From the human T2T-CHM13v2.0 reference genome, Homo sapiens: 64,000 nucleotides of DNA. The stretch lies in assembly GCF_009914755.1 (NCBI RefSeq), contig NC_060936.1, one strand, 5' to 3'. The notes under the pieces are model-generated. The model saw only the letters and a list, made by a program, of their open reading frames with translations, searched no databases and was not told the DNA's origin. Shown piece after piece: positions 1-14,599 of this stretch. The translations under genes and the position numbers were made by a program. Numbering within the stretch: position 1 is the first letter of the stretch; each line of letters begins with the position of its first letter.

Positions 1-689
1 AGCCAACACTTGACTTTGGACAGGAATATATCGGACATCTTACACCAATCCCTCAGCCTGTGAAAATGCAATGATCAGCCGGGCCCCTTGCTTTCTCCCA
101 TGTCTCAGTTCCATCAAGATTCATGCTTTCTGTACGGTCTCACACCACTTGTGCATTTCCAACTTCTACTACAGTTTTATGCCTCACGTGATAAGCAGTT
201 TTTGTGCTAGCTGTTTAGTAAATGTTTAGTACTTACTAAAACATTTCATACACCATGTTTTCCTTTCTCCGCAGAACGTGTGTGATGGACTTATGGACTC
301 ATTCACTGCATCGATCTTGGGCACTGCCCAGCTTCATGTTCCACTCTCCCGTTTATCCCAAATTGCTGAGGATTTCCTAAGAACCATCACTTTCCAGAGC
401 TCATTATTTTCTGTTATTTGCCTCAGCAGCACAAGCTGTTTTCACAAAGAAATAAAGGGTCTTCTATTCCAGAAGAGTTCTTCTATGCATGTAGGTGAGC
501 AGACAGTGCAGAGCCATGCTGAGGTGTGTGTGCCTTGCTGTCACTGTCTCTCCTCCGGGAGGAACACTAGGCTCCTGTACACCAGGCTTCCCACAGCCCA
601 GGAGGAACACATCCACGCCTTGCCAGTCATTTGCATCTTAGTAAGACTAAAACTAATAAAACTAACAATAAAACTTAAAATAGATTGAA

Positions 690-870
690 GGATTACAGTA
701 TGCCAAGCATATATGTATTGTGTTATTTGGCCCTCACAGTCACCTTTTGAGCTAGGCACCAGTACCAGCTTTAAGAGCTCAGGAAGCTGAGGTGTCAAGA
801 TTTTAAGTCATTTGCTCAAGGTCACACAGCTAGGAAGTGTAGTGGGAGAGTCAGTCCCCCATTTGTCCAA
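690..870 (-). mobile_element. MIR SINE fragment (approximate bounds)
   Basis: MIR core-like 'aagctgaggtgtcaaga...aagtcatttgctcaaggtcacacagctaggaagtg'. Confidence 0.6.
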
Positions 871-1569
871 TGCAGTGCTGTCGCCCAAGTGTGAAGAGGG
901 ATGTGCGGGTCTGAGAACAAAGTTAGCCTGCTTAGTACTTTGTCCAAGGTCAGCCCTGGCTCCAAGCCCAAGAAACAAGGCAGGATCAGCAGCCACAAAG
1001 TCCAACAGTCAGCCAGGCTCCCATACTGCAGGGGTCTCTATCACAGCCCAGCTCTGGATATGGGCAAATGAAAGCTAGCAGCAGAGTACCCAGGCTACCT
1101 CTGCACAGGGAGTGACTGCGGAACTTCAAGAACAAAAGAGAGGCAAAAGATGTGGGGTGGCCTGTCTGGGAGGGACTAGGGAACAGGGACACCTTGCAGA
1201 TAACTCTCAGGACTGAGGAGTAAATATCTTTTATTAAACAAAGCTTATAATTCTGACTCTAAGCCTGGCGTTCCTAACAATGGCAGGGACTGATGGCTGT
1301 GAAAGGCACTAATCAGACACAGTAGATTCGTGTTTACACTGGGAAGGGCCGCTGATCCCGCATAGGCCTTTGAAGCCACCCGTGCTCACACAGATTGTAA
1401 TGCACTATGAAGTCATGTCTTCAAATAAAAGGGAGGAGTTGAAATAGACCTGTCTAGCCAGTTATTTCTCTAAGGCACTTCAAAGAAACATTTTCTTTGA
1501 TCGTTTTGACTTTCCATCTATAAGAAATGTGAACATATTACTCATAGAAATTGCTGAGAGACCTCAGGC

Positions 1570-1820
1570 TGATGGGGGCTTCAGTTTGACCCATCGCCAG
1601 TGAAATGGGAAGGATAAGGTAGGGAAGGGCACACTGGTTCTTAAAACTTCCACCAGGAAGTGACACACATCCCCCACTCCCTCACATTTCACTGGCCAAA
1701 GCAAGTCACCTGGCTTATCTAACTTCAAGGGGAGCAGAGAAACACCATCCCACCACATGCTGAGAGGGAGGGTGGGCAGATACTCATGACCCCCAGTAAA
1801 CAGCACTGATGACTAACACA
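1570..1820. mobile_element. MLT1-type MaLR LTR fragment
   Basis: 'cacatttcactggccaaagcaagtcacctggc...aacttcaagggg' typical of MLT1 LTRs. Confidence 0.55.
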
Positions 1821-2284
1821 AAGGCCAAGTGATAAGGAGGTTGTTTTTAGGAGGTCAAATGAAGGAGTATATTCTTCAAGAAAATAAGGCACTGATGAGC
1901 TTTGTTACATCTCCACAGTAATTTCTAAAATGGAATTTCCCCATGAAGGCCTTTAATATGAGCATTACAATTGTTTAAGAAAACAAAGTGTCCTGATTTG
2001 ACTAAATTATCAAGGAAAAATGTGGAAATTACAAAACTGGGACCAAAGCAATTTTCCCATGTGTAACTGGAGGATGAAACAATCCGTCTCTCATTCTGGA
2101 TTGTTGGTGGGAAAATCCACTATAGGACTCTACAAAGGAAAACTACCAAAACTTGGATGGCACCTTAAACCTTTTCTCCCTGGAACTTGCCTATTATCTC
2201 GCTTTTTCTCTCAGCAGTTTCAACGCATTTTACATGTATCACCACGTCTGGAGTTTCAGATAACCTGACGATGACTATTTATAT

Positions 2285-2460
2285 TTCACTCACGTGTTCC
2301 TTCATTCAACAAACATTTATTTTGAGGATCTACTACACGCAGCATTCTTCTCTAGACACTAGGGATACAAAGATAAGACATGGTTCTACCTGTAAGGTAC
2401 TTATTAACAAATTTAGTTGAGGGAAGAAAGAACATGAATCAGAAAATTATAGAATATTGC
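2285..2460 (-). mobile_element. L2 LINE 3' end fragment
   Basis: 'ttcattcaacaaacatttattttgag...ctagacactagggatacaaagat' is the reverse complement of an L2 3' terminus. Confidence 0.6.
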
Positions 2461-2469
2461 AAAAGTACA

Positions 2470-2916
<447 letters not shown>

Positions 2917-3849
2917 TGCCAGCTATTATGGGAGAGCTGAAATGATATTTATAAGGACATCACCTTCCTTGCAAGGGAGTAGTGTCCGTGTAGGGGTCAC
3001 TCAGTACACAGGGACATGGCTTGAGGCAGTGCAGGTGTGCATTGCACAATATCAAGGCACACTCATCCCCTTACAGGCTTCTTAGATTTATGCAGATGTC
3101 ACTTAGGTGTCTTGAACCACGAGTACTCCTATCTGTGCCACCATTTGAACTGCGAACAGGACAGCCAGCAACGAACCAACCCTTAGTTCTCTGAAATATG
3201 TTCATCATATGCTTACTCTTATTTTTATTAGTATGATATAATGATAATCTCTAACTTGCTGAACAATTTTTTTTAATAATCATCGATTATACATCCAGTC
3301 TGACTAAGACTGTTCTAACCACATTGGAAGTCCGAGATAAAGATATGCCACAGTCCTTGACCTCAAAAAGCTTTAAAACTAGATGGGGAAGAGAGACAAA
3401 AGCACATAAATCAGTTCGAGGATAATTAAATGCTAACTTGTGTAACACTAAGTTTAAATACAATCTGAGTTATGAAGACCAAGACATCAGCCTTAGATGG
3501 GACTTCATCTGGAGCTTAAAGGACATGGAATATTTGGGTAGGCCAGGGGAAAGAAAATGATGAGAATGTATGACTCTATCGATCTTTGGCCATTACTTCC
3601 TGGGCAAAACACCTCAAAGCTCACGCCTTGCTGATGGAGAGTAGCAGCTGCCCCTGTTGTCACAGCAAAGAGGGTGGCACAGCTGATAAAGGGTAGGGAA
3701 CTCTGCCCATCACTCTCTGACCTGCTCTAACTCCTTTCAGCACATCAAGTTACCCTGTGCCATTGTCCCAGGTTCCTTCCGTGTAGAGCAAGTCCTTCCT
3801 TCTGCTATTACCTTGCAGCAGTTAAGAGCACACGCTAGTTCACTAATTC

Positions 3850-4027
3850 TCCAAGTGTGGTCCCCAACCAGCAACATGAGCATTACTGGGGAACTTGTTA
3901 GAAATGCAAATCCTTGACCCCTGCCCCAGACCTAGTGACTCAGATAGTCTGGGGGTTAGGTCCAGCAATGTGTGGTTTCCCAGTCCCTCCAGGAGATTCC
4001 GGTGCACACATGTTTGAGAACCACTGG
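3850..4027. mobile_element. MER5A-type hAT DNA transposon relic nested in a MIR (about 3815-4240)
   Basis: 'gtgtggtcccc...gaacttgttagaaatgcaaat...tttgagaaccactgg'. Confidence 0.75.
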
Positions 4028-4258
4028 GCTCAGCAGACACCCTGGCTTCAACTCCTGGCTCTGTTGGCACTCATCAACTCCGTGCCTCAGACAGATGGTT
4101 AATCCTGCTAAATCTCAAAAGGATATAATAGTAGCACCCATCCCCATGGGGCTATTGTGAAGAAAAAATAAGTTAATGCATAATGCAAGGCCCTTAGCCT
4201 AATTAATCCTTGATAATTGGTAAGCACTCAGTGACTTAGTACAATTATCGCCTGATAA

Positions 4259-4548
<290 letters not shown>

Positions 4549-4699
4549 TCGTTTTCTTACCATAACATGGTTGGGAAATCTTATCTAAAGATATGTTTCT
4601 CAACATATCTAAAGATGTATTTCATTGCTCCTTCTCTTCTCCTTCACCACTGTCATCTCCAATAGCCCCATTCTCACCACTCTTTGGCTTACTAGTCTT

Positions 4700-5555
4700 T
4701 TTTTCAATAGCATAAGATTTACCATTTTAATCAATTTAAGTGTACAGTTCAATGACATTAAGTACATTCACATTGTTGTGTTATCGTCACCACCATCGAT
4801 CCCCAGAACTTTTTTTTTTATCTTTCCAGACTAAAACTCTGCACTCATTAAGCAGAAATTCCCATGGCCCCTTCCCCTTCTCATCCCTGGAAACCAGCAG
4901 TCTTCTTTCTGTCTGTCTCTGGGAATTTGACTACTCTAGATACTTCATAAAAGTAAAATCATACAGTATTTATCCTTTGTGATTGGCTTATTTCATTAGC
5001 ATAATATCCTCAAGTTTCATCCATGGTGTAGCACAGGTCAGAATTTTTATCCTTTTTAAGGCTAATATTCCATTGCGTGCATAGTACACATTTGTTTCTC
5101 CATTCATCTACACATGGACACTTGGGGTGCTTCCATCTTTTGGCTGTTATGAACAGTGCTCCTGCAAATATAGGAGTACAAATGTCTCTTGGACTCTCTG
5201 CTTGTAATTTTTTTTTTTTTTTTTTTTTTTGAGACAGTCTCACTTTGTTGCCCAGGCTGGAATGCAGTGGTGTGATCTTGGCTCATTGCAACCTCTGCCT
5301 CCTGAGTTCAAGTGATTCTCCTGCCTCAGCCTCCTGAGTAGCTGGGATTACAGGTGCCTGCCACCATACCAGGCTAATTTTTGTATTTTTAATAGAGATG
5401 GGGTTTCACTGTGTTGACCAAGCTGGTCTTGAACTCCTGACCTCAAGTGATCCACCTGCCTTGGCCTCCCAAAGTGCTGGGATTACAAGTGTGAGCCACT
5501 GCATCCGGCCTCTGCTTGTAATTCTTTTGGGTTTATACCCAGAAGTCGATTGCTG
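4700..5555 (-). mobile_element. L1M (L1MB-like) 3' end, interrupted by an Alu
   Basis: 'tttaccattttaatc...tgtacagttcaatgacattaagtacattcaca...ttggcttatttcattagcataat...ggacacttgggg'. Confidence 0.8.
5210..5510 (-). mobile_element. Alu (AluSx/Sz-type) with 13-bp TSD
   Basis: Full Alu; TSD TCTGCTTGTAATT at 5197-5209 and 5511-5523. Confidence 0.97.
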
Positions 5556-6520
5556 GTGGTTTACTAATCTTGATAGCCCCCATCTTTAAGAGAAGCCTTA
5601 GTTTCCTGTCTCCTCTGTCAAGGTGGCTTAGCCTCCACTACCAGAGAGCAGTACATCCTCCTTCTGCATCTAGGAGAATGTTATAGGAGTATCTTGTATT
5701 CTTCAAAAACTTGAAACTGGGTGAGTAAAGGGCCAGTTTTCCTCTAAAACATACTTAGGCCCCTCTAACCCTAGACTTCATTTCATCAGAGTAAATGGTT
5801 TTTATTGTCTGTCTACAAATACAAACTCCTCAAAGAGAAAACTTTATTTTCTGCCATTCCACTGGTGACAAGGACCTGAGAATAAAGGAGGATTATAGGG
5901 CAGACTGTCTGCTATGATAACTTATTTTTCTTCCAGTTGTTTCCAACCAAACATACAGTATTATTAACTTTGACTGTGGTCGTCATTTTGGCTTCAGGCT
6001 TAATCTATTTTGACTAGGAATATTGTCCTCGGAAACACTACAATTTCCTGAAGAGACTGCAAATCAGCAGTCTTGACTAAACTCATACATGGCCGTTATC
6101 TTTCCTCTGCTTGAAAGATGTACAAAGACAGTATGTCATTGTGAGCCAGGAGGTTTTCTTTATTTAGCGTCTGCCTTCTGGCTCAGCTATAAGGTAAGGC
6201 AATTAGGTACCCAACATTTATAACAGACATGTTTAACTTCCCTGATATGTCCTGCAGAAGTTAAGCAAACACAAAGATAATAGATTTTAACTAGCAGTTA
6301 GGAAGTTTAGACTTCAAACCTTTGAGACTGTATAAAATATGATGGCGAGACAATGGACAATGTATTCATTTACTACTTAAAACCATCTTGAACTGAAATA
6401 TTTAAGGTAGAATCATTTCTACCTGTGAGGTCCACAAGAAATGTGTACTAAACATCTTTTAATGCAAGACTTTGATGTTGAGCATGGTCAAGAATAAGCA
6501 AAACAAATGTGATCCCTCTA

Positions 6521-6672
6521 GGAGGCAGTGTTGTGTAGTGGAGATATCTTGATTCAGGTTGGCTATGTTGCTGTTAGCCTCCACCTCATACTGGTTATAT
6601 GACCTTGAGCAAATTACTTAAGTTCTTCATATCTCAGTTTCTTCACCTGAAAAGTGTAGATACTATTAGCAC
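6521..6672 (+). mobile_element. MIR SINE
   Basis: 'gaccttgagcaaattacttaag...ctcagtttcttcacctgaaaa' MIR core. Confidence 0.7.
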
Positions 6673-6725
6673 AGGAAGGCCATTTCCTGTCATTTAAGGG
6701 TAACTGGTATCTGGAAATTCCCACA

Positions 6726-7022
6726 TTGATTGATTGATTGAGACAGGGTCTTGCTCTGTTACCCAGGCTGGAGTACAGTGGTGCAATCATATCTTGCTGC
6801 AACTCAAACTCCTGAGTTTAAGGGATCCTCCCACCTCAGCCTCCTGAATAGCTGGGACTTCAGGTGAGCGCCATCATCCCTTACTAATTGTTTCTTACTT
6901 TTTTTAGAGACGAGGTCTCCTTATGTTACCCAGGCTGGTCTCTAACACTTGGCCTCAAGCCATCCTCCAGTCTTGGCCTCCCAAAGTGCTGTGATTCCAG
7001 GAATGAGCCACTGCACCTGGCC
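6726..7022 (-). mobile_element. Alu (AluJ-type) with (TCAA)n tail
   Basis: 'ttgattgattgagacagggtcttgctctgttacccaggctggag...ccactgcacctggcc'. Confidence 0.93.
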
Positions 7023-7879
7023 TCTAGGGCTACTTAAAATAAATGCACCAAAATATCATTTGGAAAAAGTAGGTGTTATTGGGACATTTTCTTGAAAAAT
7101 GAACTAAAAATTACACCAATTATAAAACTGTCTTACATTTAACCAAATTTAGTTTAAAATTTCAACTGTACAGTTATTCTCAGAAAAAAATTCAACAAAT
7201 AAATTAGTTTGGAGCAATAATCTATTGCTTTGGTATTGGATTCTCCCTTTTGAAGCACTTGTCACTGTTCCCATCATTGTTTTCTTCAATTGTTAACAGG
7301 TTGAGTCATGTCAAATCCTTGTTTGCCATTGGCTTGCAAGTAGTTCTAGTAGCTCTCCTCCATCACTTTCATCAACTTCATGAAATTCTAAATGTTTAGC
7401 AAATTGTGCTTTTTCCCTTTGCAGTCCTTCTGCTTTATATTTTCAATGTAGAGTATCATGTTGTAAATATCTGACAATTAATGAGACTATGGCCAACAAG
7501 GGTGACTGGCCCACTGGTCAGAAAATATGATGGATCAAACAGGAATAGACATTTGAATGGAGACTGATTTTAATAAAGGGCCAGCTCATGACAATTTTTA
7601 CTTTCCCAACACCTATTAACTACAGAGACGTGGAAAATGAGTACTCAGATAGCATAAACGCTCCATTTCTCATTAAATTGTCAAATGCCATGGCTCAGCA
7701 CAGTGTCACATGAGTAACATGTGTGCCTTAGCTGTTAATATTCTCATTATTTATTTAAGAGGACCCACATGTTCACAAAGGAGTTGAAGGCATTTAAATA
7801 CAAATTGTATATAAGCTAAGAAGAATATTTTCCTTAAATCACTCCACTTTTCCATCAATAAACACCATGATTAGAGAAC

Positions 7880-8152
7880 AAAGGAATCCCTCACTCTTAA
7901 ACCTGCCTCTATTCCTTATTCCCCTTTCCCCTTATTTTGTCTTATCTTCTCTCGGCAACACTTATTGCCATCTGACAGACTGAAAGTTTATATATAAATA
8001 CATGTGTGTGTGTTTTCATCTTTCTCCTGCCACTAGAATCTAAATTTCAGAGTGCAAGGATTTCCTTTGTTCATTTATTTGTCCCTAGCACCAAGAACAA
8101 GATCTGGCAGATGGTGCGTGTTCAGTAAGATTTGTTGAATAAATGATGAATG
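7880..8152 (+). mobile_element. L2 LINE 3' end
   Basis: 'cactagaatctaaa...ccctagcaccaagaaca...atttgttgaataaatgatgaatg'. Confidence 0.65.
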
Positions 8153-8699
8153 GAAGACTCCTCATTCCAGGGCCCAAGTGCCCAGGGACCATCACAGCAA
8201 TTCCATGGCTAGGGATCCCAATGCACTATGTCCTGAAAGAGTCTCTGATGTGAATAGGAAACACAATCAGTGGATACTGTGCAAATCCTAAGAAGAAAAG
8301 ACAGCACAGAGATTCCAAGAAGCACACGGTAGATTGAAAGGCTGTGCACAGTTACTGCAAACTCAGCCCTGATTTGTGGTTGAACTAGGCTCCATTCTAA
8401 TTCAATTCAATTCAGAAGGAATAGAAGGGTCTTCTGTGGGGCAAAGGAAGCAAGTTGGAATTCTCCCTTCCACAAAGAAAAAGATATGTGTTTTTGCATC
8501 ATGGTGTAGTGGAAAGAACTACCTGTACAGATCAGAAAACTGGTGTGCTGATCTCAGCTCTGACGTGACTTGGGTCTGTAACTCAGCAAAATCACTTCAA
8601 GCTTTCAGGGCTCTACAGCTTCATCTGTATGACCAGAGGGTGTGACTAGATCAGCATTTCCTAAAGCACGATCCTTGGAACAACTGGCACTCTAGACCT

Positions 8700-9150
8700 G
8701 CACTCACAGGTAGTCGCTAGACACATTTAGCTATTGAGCACTTGAAATGTGGCCAGGGTCACATTTTAAAATATAAAAACTAAAACAACATACAAGGAAA
8801 ATTTAAAGTGTCTCACTAATAATTTTTATGTTGATTAATGTTGGAATAATAATCATTTTGTAGATTGGGTTAAATACATTATTAAATTTGGGATAGAAGG
8901 GGAGGCTGGGCATGTTGGCGGAAAGGGGTATATGGGGACTGTCAGTACTTTCTATTCAATTTTGCAGAAAATTGAACCTAGAACCAAAAAATGAAGCCTA
9001 TTTATAAATAAATAAAATTTATATAAAAAGTTAGGTTTACGTGTTTCTTTTTACTTTTTAAATGCGGCTACTAAAACATTGAAAATTACATATGTAGTTA
9101 CAGATACAGTTGGCAGAATATTTCAACTTGACATATATTTCTATTGCTGT
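8700..9150. mobile_element. MER33/MER3-type hAT relic interrupted by a short L1M 3' fragment (about 8888-9030)
   Basis: 'gctattgagcacttgaaatgtggcc...ttttacttttttaaatgcggctacta...aaaattacatatgtag'. Confidence 0.65.
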
Positions 9151-9255
9151 TCTATAATCTGAAAGAAGAAAAAATGTTTCTCTAACCAAACACTGTACAT
9201 CATATCCCCCACATTTCACCACCCCTCTCCCTTGTCATCACGCTCATTATTAAGG

Positions 9256-9470
9256 TGTGAATATCGACATGGATATAGGGTGTGGAAAGGTAGACAATGG
9301 AGATTTGGAGGGGCGATGGGATGGGAGAGGGGTGGATGATGAGAGATTACTTAATGTGTATAATACATGTTATTTGGGTGATAGATGCCCTAGAAGCCTT
9401 GACTTCACCACTATGCGATCTATGCATGTCACAAAATTACACTCATACCCCATAAATTTATGCAAAAAAA
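9256..9470 (+). mobile_element. L1PB/L1MA 3' end fragment
   Basis: 'gacttcaccactatgcgatctatgcatgtcacaaaattacactcataccccataaatttatgcaaaaaaa'. Confidence 0.75.
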
Positions 9471-10716
9471 TACCCAAAGTGTGTTTAATACACAGTATGG
9501 AGAAACATGTTTGATTGGCATTTTCTAGATGCATTTGATAATGGAATCTATTTTCCACTGACCATCTATTCATACCCTTCAGTTCTGAGGAAGATATTCT
9601 GGAAATGTCAGATCTAGATTCTCTGTAAAGTCTTTTTGGAGTCCAATAATTTGTGACATTAGGATTCTAAGGATGTGGAAGGAGGCCATGAGTGAGAGTC
9701 TAACATGCCTGTTCAGATAGGGAGAGTTTTAAGGAGAAATCATGTTCTTCACCAACACCTCACAGGAGAGGTAGCAGCTAACTGAATGCTGAAAGGGAAG
9801 AAAATTGGGAGACCAGAGCCTGGAATCAAGGGACTGGGGAGGAGAGCCAAGCTCAGGCCCAGGGGGTCTCCTAAGAGAAGTAAACCTGGCTCTCTACTGT
9901 GTGGGATGCTGATGCTTGAGAAACCAGCACCACAGGAAATGTCAAAGTCCTGGATAGAAGTTGGAAATGGAAAACATGAAGTTCCAGCAGCAGCAGCAGT
10001 ATGAGCAACTAGAGGGCTGCAGAAATCCCACCGTTGAAAGAACTCCTTCCATGTCAGTGGGTCAAACCCAGCCAGGGAGGCTAGGCTGCTCCACACTTCC
10101 ACCCTCTCACCCCCAGGGCTCCAGAGAGCAGATGAGGAGAAACCCGTAAGGATTTATCTAGCCAGATAAAGCACTGAAGCCACAGCCTGTGGCCTCTGAC
10201 CGAGATTTCTACGTGAGTGATAGGAAACCTATTTCTGTGCCTGACATTTCTGCCTGTTTCCAGACAGGGTGTCCCAACTCAAGTGCTATGTGGCTTAGGA
10301 TTTCTGGGGTTCCATTATGAATTGAAGTTTCTCTGGGATGAACCTCAAAAATTTTCCTACCGTATTGCTTCCTAACTTCTCCTTGGTCCTCTGAAACTGC
10401 CAAAGTCTTGCTTTGTAGAATTACTTTCTGTAAGCTCCAAGTGTGTATTTATTTTGAATTAACATTGTTTACAGCTTTATTGAAGAATAATTTATATACA
10501 ATAAACTTCACCAACTTAAAGTGTGAATGGATTTTAGTAAATGAAAATAGTCATGCCACCACCACCACAATCACATTTTGGAACACTGCCATAACCCCGA
10601 AATTGTCCTCAGGCCCCTTTGCATTCAACTCCTGTCCATATCCCCAGCCCCAGGAAAAAAACAATCTATTTATTGTCCCTTTAGTTTTGTCTTTTTAGGA
10701 TTTTCATTAAATATTT

Positions 10717-11057
10717 TGAGACAGCCAGGTGGGAAGGGATCCCCAGAGAGACTCCAACCGGCCTGCTCCCCGGGAGGAGTGCGCACTGGGGTGGAGCCTT
10801 GGGAAGTTCGTGCCATTTGCAGGGGGAGGAGCCTGGCCTTTCTTCTTCCTGGGTGGAACCCGGGATTCAATCTGTGAGGCGGAAGCCTTTACTAGCAGGA
10901 CTCTCACTCTGCTGAGGGTCCCTGTTTGCCCTTTTTTTCCTTTTCACCCAATAAATTCCATTTTTCTCACCCTTCAAAGTGTCTGTGGGCCTAATATTTC
11001 ATGGCCGTGTGACAATGACCCGGCTCTTAGCTGAACTAAGGAGAAAGCCCTACAACG
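10717..11057 (+). mobile_element. ERV1 solo LTR, MER61-like
   Basis: TGAGACAGCCAGGTGGGAAGGG...AATAAA...TTAGCTGAACTAAGGAGAAAGCCCTACAACG; 4-bp TSD ATTT (10713-16 / 11058-61). Confidence 0.8.
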
Positions 11058-11165
11058 ATTTCAGGTAAATGGAATCATACAGTACTATACATGGTATTTT
11101 GTTTTTGGCTTCTTTCACTTAGCCTGGTGCCTTTAAAATTCATCCACATTGTTGCATCAGTACTC

Positions 11166-11768
11166 TATAGAGGAGGAAAAATAATTTTTCCTCTACCTTT
11201 CATGAGTTCTTAATTGGAACAGACCCTTGTAACAAAAAACAGATTAATAAGAGAAAAACAAACAGAAGATTAATCACATGTATACCTTATGCATATGTGG
11301 AAGATACTCAGGGAAGAGTGAATAAAATCGCCAGAGTAGATCTCAAAAGCTTGCTTACACTTGAGACTACAGTCATGTACCATGTCCCCTGAAATAAAGA
11401 AAGAAGGGTGTGGGAAATGCCTAGTTATGGGGAACTGGCCAGGAAAAGCCCCATAAACGAGGTTTAGATTTGTTGTACAGATTTAAGACTATGCCTTCTC
11501 CATTGGCAAGAGTGTCTAGTGATCTACCATCCTTTCCTCCTGGTACAGAGAGGGAGACAATCTTACAAATGGAGAGTTCCTTTATAGATGTACATTTCTC
11601 TTACAAAAGGGTAACCTCTACTCTCATTTTCAGAGCTTCTCCTGTGTCTGCTGTTTCCCAGAAGAATCACCTCAAATAATCCTTATGCCAAAAAAGCATA
11701 TTTTGAGGTGGTATATTCTGGTCTCCTACAGTCATATTTTGGGGGTATTGTGCCCTGTAGCCCCATCA
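11166..11768 (-). mobile_element. ERV1 solo LTR, MER34-like
   Basis: Ends '...ccttatgccaaaaaagcatattttgaggtggtatattctggtctcctacagtcatattttgggg...ccccatca'; 4-bp TSD ACTC (11162-65 / 11769-72). Confidence 0.7.
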
Positions 11769-12937
11769 ACTCCATTCCTTTTAGTTGTTAATATTTAACT
11801 GTATATCACCATTTTCTTTTTATCTATATATCAGTTGATGGCCATTCAGATTGTTTCCAGTTCGGTGTTATTATGGAATGATATTATGAACATTCATGTA
11901 TGTCTTTCAGTGGGCATATTTTCTCATTTCTCTTGGGTAATACCTAAGAGTGGAATTACTGGGCGGTAAGTGTATGTTTAACATTTTAAGAAGCTTCTTT
12001 TTTTGAAACATCTGTATTGTTTTCCATTGCCAACAGCAGCGTATGAGATTTCTAGTTGCTCTATAGCCTCACCAACACTTATTATTGCCAGTATTTTTAA
12101 CCTTAGCTATTCTAGTGTGGGTGTAGTGGTCTCCCATTGTGGTTTTAAGTTGCAGTTCTGTAATTACTAATGATGCTAAGCATTTTTTCATGTGATTTTT
12201 TGACAGTTCATGTATTTTCTTTTGTGCATTGTCTATTCAAATATTTTTCTCATTATATTATTGGATTGTTTTCTTAAGTTGTAAGAGAAATTAATGTTAT
12301 CTGGATACAAATCCTTTGTTAGATATATATTTTACAAATATTTTCTCTTAATGGCTTAGCTTTTCATTTTCTGAATTGTGTCTTTTGACAAGCTAATGTT
12401 TTAACTCTTTATGAAGCCCAATTTATCAATTTCTCTTTTACAGTTCATGCTTTTTGTAATCTATTACATAAGAAACTTGCCCTAATCCAAGGTTACGAAG
12501 ATTTTTTACTATATGTTATTCTACAAGGTTTATAGTATTGGCTCTGAGATTTAGGTCTACTCTCTGTTTTGAGTGAAATTTGTGTATGCTGTGAGGAAAA
12601 GGTCAAGGTACCTTTCTTAATATAGAGATCCAGTTATTCCAGTATAATTTATTGATGGCTGTTCTTTTCTTACCTTGGCACTTTATCAAAACTCAATTGA
12701 CTATGTTAGTGTAGGTCTATTTCTGGACTCTCAACTCTGCTGCATTAATCCACATACCTGTCCTTATGCCACTACCACACTGTCCTGATTTTCTAGCTTT
12801 TCTAGTAAGTCCTAAAATCAGATAGTATAATTCCATTAACTTTGTTCTTTTTAAAAATTGTTTTGGGTATTCTAGTTCCTTTGCAGATGCTGCATTTTAA
12901 ATAATGCTTTAATGATTGGGAAATATAGCATATCTAA

Positions 12938-13265
<328 letters not shown>

Positions 13266-14599
13266 ATGCCCATTTTATAGACAAGGAAGCCACAGACTTA
13301 TAGACAAATATCTGACTTCACATCACAAGTCTGAGTTTCTGTCTTTTTGTGGTCACGTCTCATTTTCCTACTGGACTGCCAGTAAGGATCCTATGACAGC
13401 AGAAACTATGTAGGTTTTCTTCACTTCTGAATCCCAGGTAAAGTAGCTTTTATAGTAGGTTTTCAACAAATACTTCTTGAACAAAAGAAGGAATCAGGCC
13501 CAAGAGAAATTCAATGACTTGTGTCTGGTACTAAGGTCAGTAGCAGAACTGAATCCAGAACTTGAGTTTCCAAACCCTTCATTTAGTACTTTTTCTATCA
13601 TGCAATGTGAGTGGAGGAGATAGAGAAGAAATGCAAAGAAGAAAAAACAAAGCAAATGATGTTGGTGTAGATAAGAGCATTATTAGAAAGTTTGATAAAT
13701 GCTTTTGTTTTGATACATCTCAGCCTATAGCCTGCAGCTGCCAGCCACTAAACACTTAGATGTTTATGTTTTGCTTGAAATACTTTTTAACATGCAGAGG
13801 GATATCCAGATGATTCACAGATCCCAGACCACAGCCTAAACAGGAGGCAACATTTCCTTCCTGAGCATGGTTCTAGGAAAATAAAGAACAGGTGCATGAG
13901 GCCAGAATGAGTCTCTGGGGCTCACAGCAGACAGACCCCAGCTGAACTCTTCTGGACTGACAATGCTTCCAATGAGGAAAGATCTTCAGGGAGCAATGTT
14001 TGGCAATGATTTTCTCCCTACAATCTAATTATAAAGTAATTTCAATCAAATATATACAAACATATATATATATGTATATATCTTGTGCTATAGTTCTTCT
14101 TTTTTTAAACCTGGAAAACCAGGTGCCAGAAAAAATAATAACACGGTGTTAATCTGAGAAGGAAAGTAACTGGAAAAGAGGATAAGGAACGTACAACAAT
14201 CAGACAGTGGAGGTGGCTCCGACTCCACAACCTCTAATTCATGTGACATGTAATCTTCTTAAACAATGATTATAGATACTAACTGTGTATTTGAAGGGGA
14301 TGGAATTGTCATTAAGTGCTATGCAATATCCTGTCAACCAAATTCTCCCTTCAGGTAAACACATGTCGCTTCTGTTGAAATTAGTAGGTGTCACAGGTAA
14401 CCGGGAGGCAAGTTTGGTTCTGGGACCTTACAAGGCACTGTGAAGACTTTGATTTACAAGCGATTATTAAGGAAGATTTCCACCAGAAGTAGTCATCCAT
14501 AGGGGAGAAATTAAGTATCTTTATTTCAATAGAGTCAAGAAACATTCGCTGATGGTAGACTTTGTTCAGAGCAAGATGCTGAGTGTTGCTGCGACAATC

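Larger units (their letters stand above)
10460..12890 (-). mobile_element. L1M LINE fragment hosting two nested solo LTRs
   Basis: L1M 3'UTR/ORF2-end motifs ('ggaatcatacagta','tggcttctttcacttagc','ctcttgggtaatacctaagagtggaattactggg','gtgtaggtctatttctggactctc'). Confidence 0.8.

Noticed and set aside
278-688. 136-aa ORF
   Set aside because: Starts at GTG, has no recognisable domain, and runs into low-complexity A-rich sequence
7060-7480. Possible DNA-transposon transposase fragment
   Set aside because: Resemblance too weak to name a family or set boundaries without a search
9975-10003. Short (CAG)5 run giving polyQ/polyA in small ORFs
   Set aside because: Too short and not within a supported exon
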